Positions 63,481 to 64,000 of a stretch of 64,000 nucleotides of DNA are shown here, piece by piece. The notes beneath the pieces were generated by a model that saw only the letters and a program-made list of their open reading frames with translations, had not been told where the DNA came from and ran no database searches. Position 1 is the stretch's first letter. Each line of letters begins with the position of its first letter. The DNA is from Candidatus Marinacidobacterales bacterium (GTDB taxonomy: Bacteria; Acidobacteriota; Vicinamibacteria; Marinacidobacterales; DATDRI01). The position numbers were made by a program, and so were the translations under genes. The stretch covers positions 640,001 through 704,000 of the forward strand of contig OZ244742.1 of assembly GCA_965219415.1 (NCBI GenBank), in the 5' to 3' direction.

Positions 63481-64000
63481 CTACGGCGACGGTTTCTCGG
63501 AGCCTTCCGGAATCACCGGCAAGATCACATGCGAGGGATACTTCCGGGAATGGTGAACAGTGTTCTTCGCGACCACCCACTCGGTCTCCGAGTAGTTGTC
63601 CCCACCGGTGTTGAGGTTCCGGTCGAACCGAGGGAAACTGCTGCTCGAGATCTCCAATCGAATTCGATGCCCCGGACCGAAATAGTTACTCGTGGCCTGG
63701 AGATCGATCCGGACATCGTACACTTCGCCCGCCTCCATCCAGAGCTGCTTATCGTACCCCTCCCGATAACGGGCGCGTAGGATTCCCTCCTCGACGTTGT
63801 AGGCCGTCCCATCCGGGTAAATGTCAACCAGCTTCGCGGTGAAGTCTGTGTCTTTGGCGGTCGAGGAAACATAGAGAACGACCTCCATGGGGCCGGTGAC
63901 TTCTACACCCTCCTCGAGGATCGGGGTCGTAAAAACGAGAATGTCCTCGCGAGCCTCGACGTCTCGTTGGTCGTAGGCACCCGCCTCTGCGTCACGAGTT
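63481..64000 (-). CDS. CocE/NonD-family hydrolase, C-terminal part
   Basis: [23 protein letters not shown] and [15 protein letters not shown]. Confidence 0.88.
   Translation of the reverse strand, partial: TRDAEAGAYDQRDVEAREDILVFTTPILEEGVEVTGPMEVVLYVSSTAKDTDFTAKLVDIYPDGTAYNVEEGILRARYREGYDKQLWMEAGEVYDVRIDLQATSNYFGPGHRIRLEISSSSFPRFDRNLNTGGDNYSETEWVVAKNTVHHSRKYPSHVILPVIPEGSEKPSP

Noticed and set aside
1-64000. CRISPR arrays, tRNA/rRNA genes, prophage, reverse transcriptase or defence genes
   Set aside because: No spaced direct repeats, RNA-gene signatures or corresponding protein motifs were seen.

Overview
GC-rich (~60%) bacterial window. The gene repertoire (Ser/Thr kinase-TPR, VPS10/BNR, DUF885, M14, amidohydrolases) suggests an Acidobacteriota-like environmental genome; this is inference only. 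Intact C1/energy modules: a coxMSL-type aerobic CO dehydrogenase (coxL runs off the left edge), a Tat-exported selenocysteine formate dehydrogenase fdnGHI-fdhE, and a second selenocysteine FDH with a NuoEF fusion and a split, reordered FdsA-type Fe-S subunit. Both UGA codons have SECIS hairpins 11 nt downstream. Mobile DNA: a complete ISL3 (24-bp IRs, 8-bp TSD, A7 frameshift site), an IS110-family element with a highly structured ~210-nt leader (candidate bridge RNA), and a decayed DUF222/HNH-type gene with palindromic repeats. About 40% of the genes are broken. At four loci (Clp ATPase, sulfatase, 6-hydroxynicotinate reductase cluster, hydantoinase B) coding pieces of about 80-320 bp are inverted or reshuffled. 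This is either real micro-scale gene shattering in a decaying genome or amplification/assembly chimerism; only read-level data can decide.
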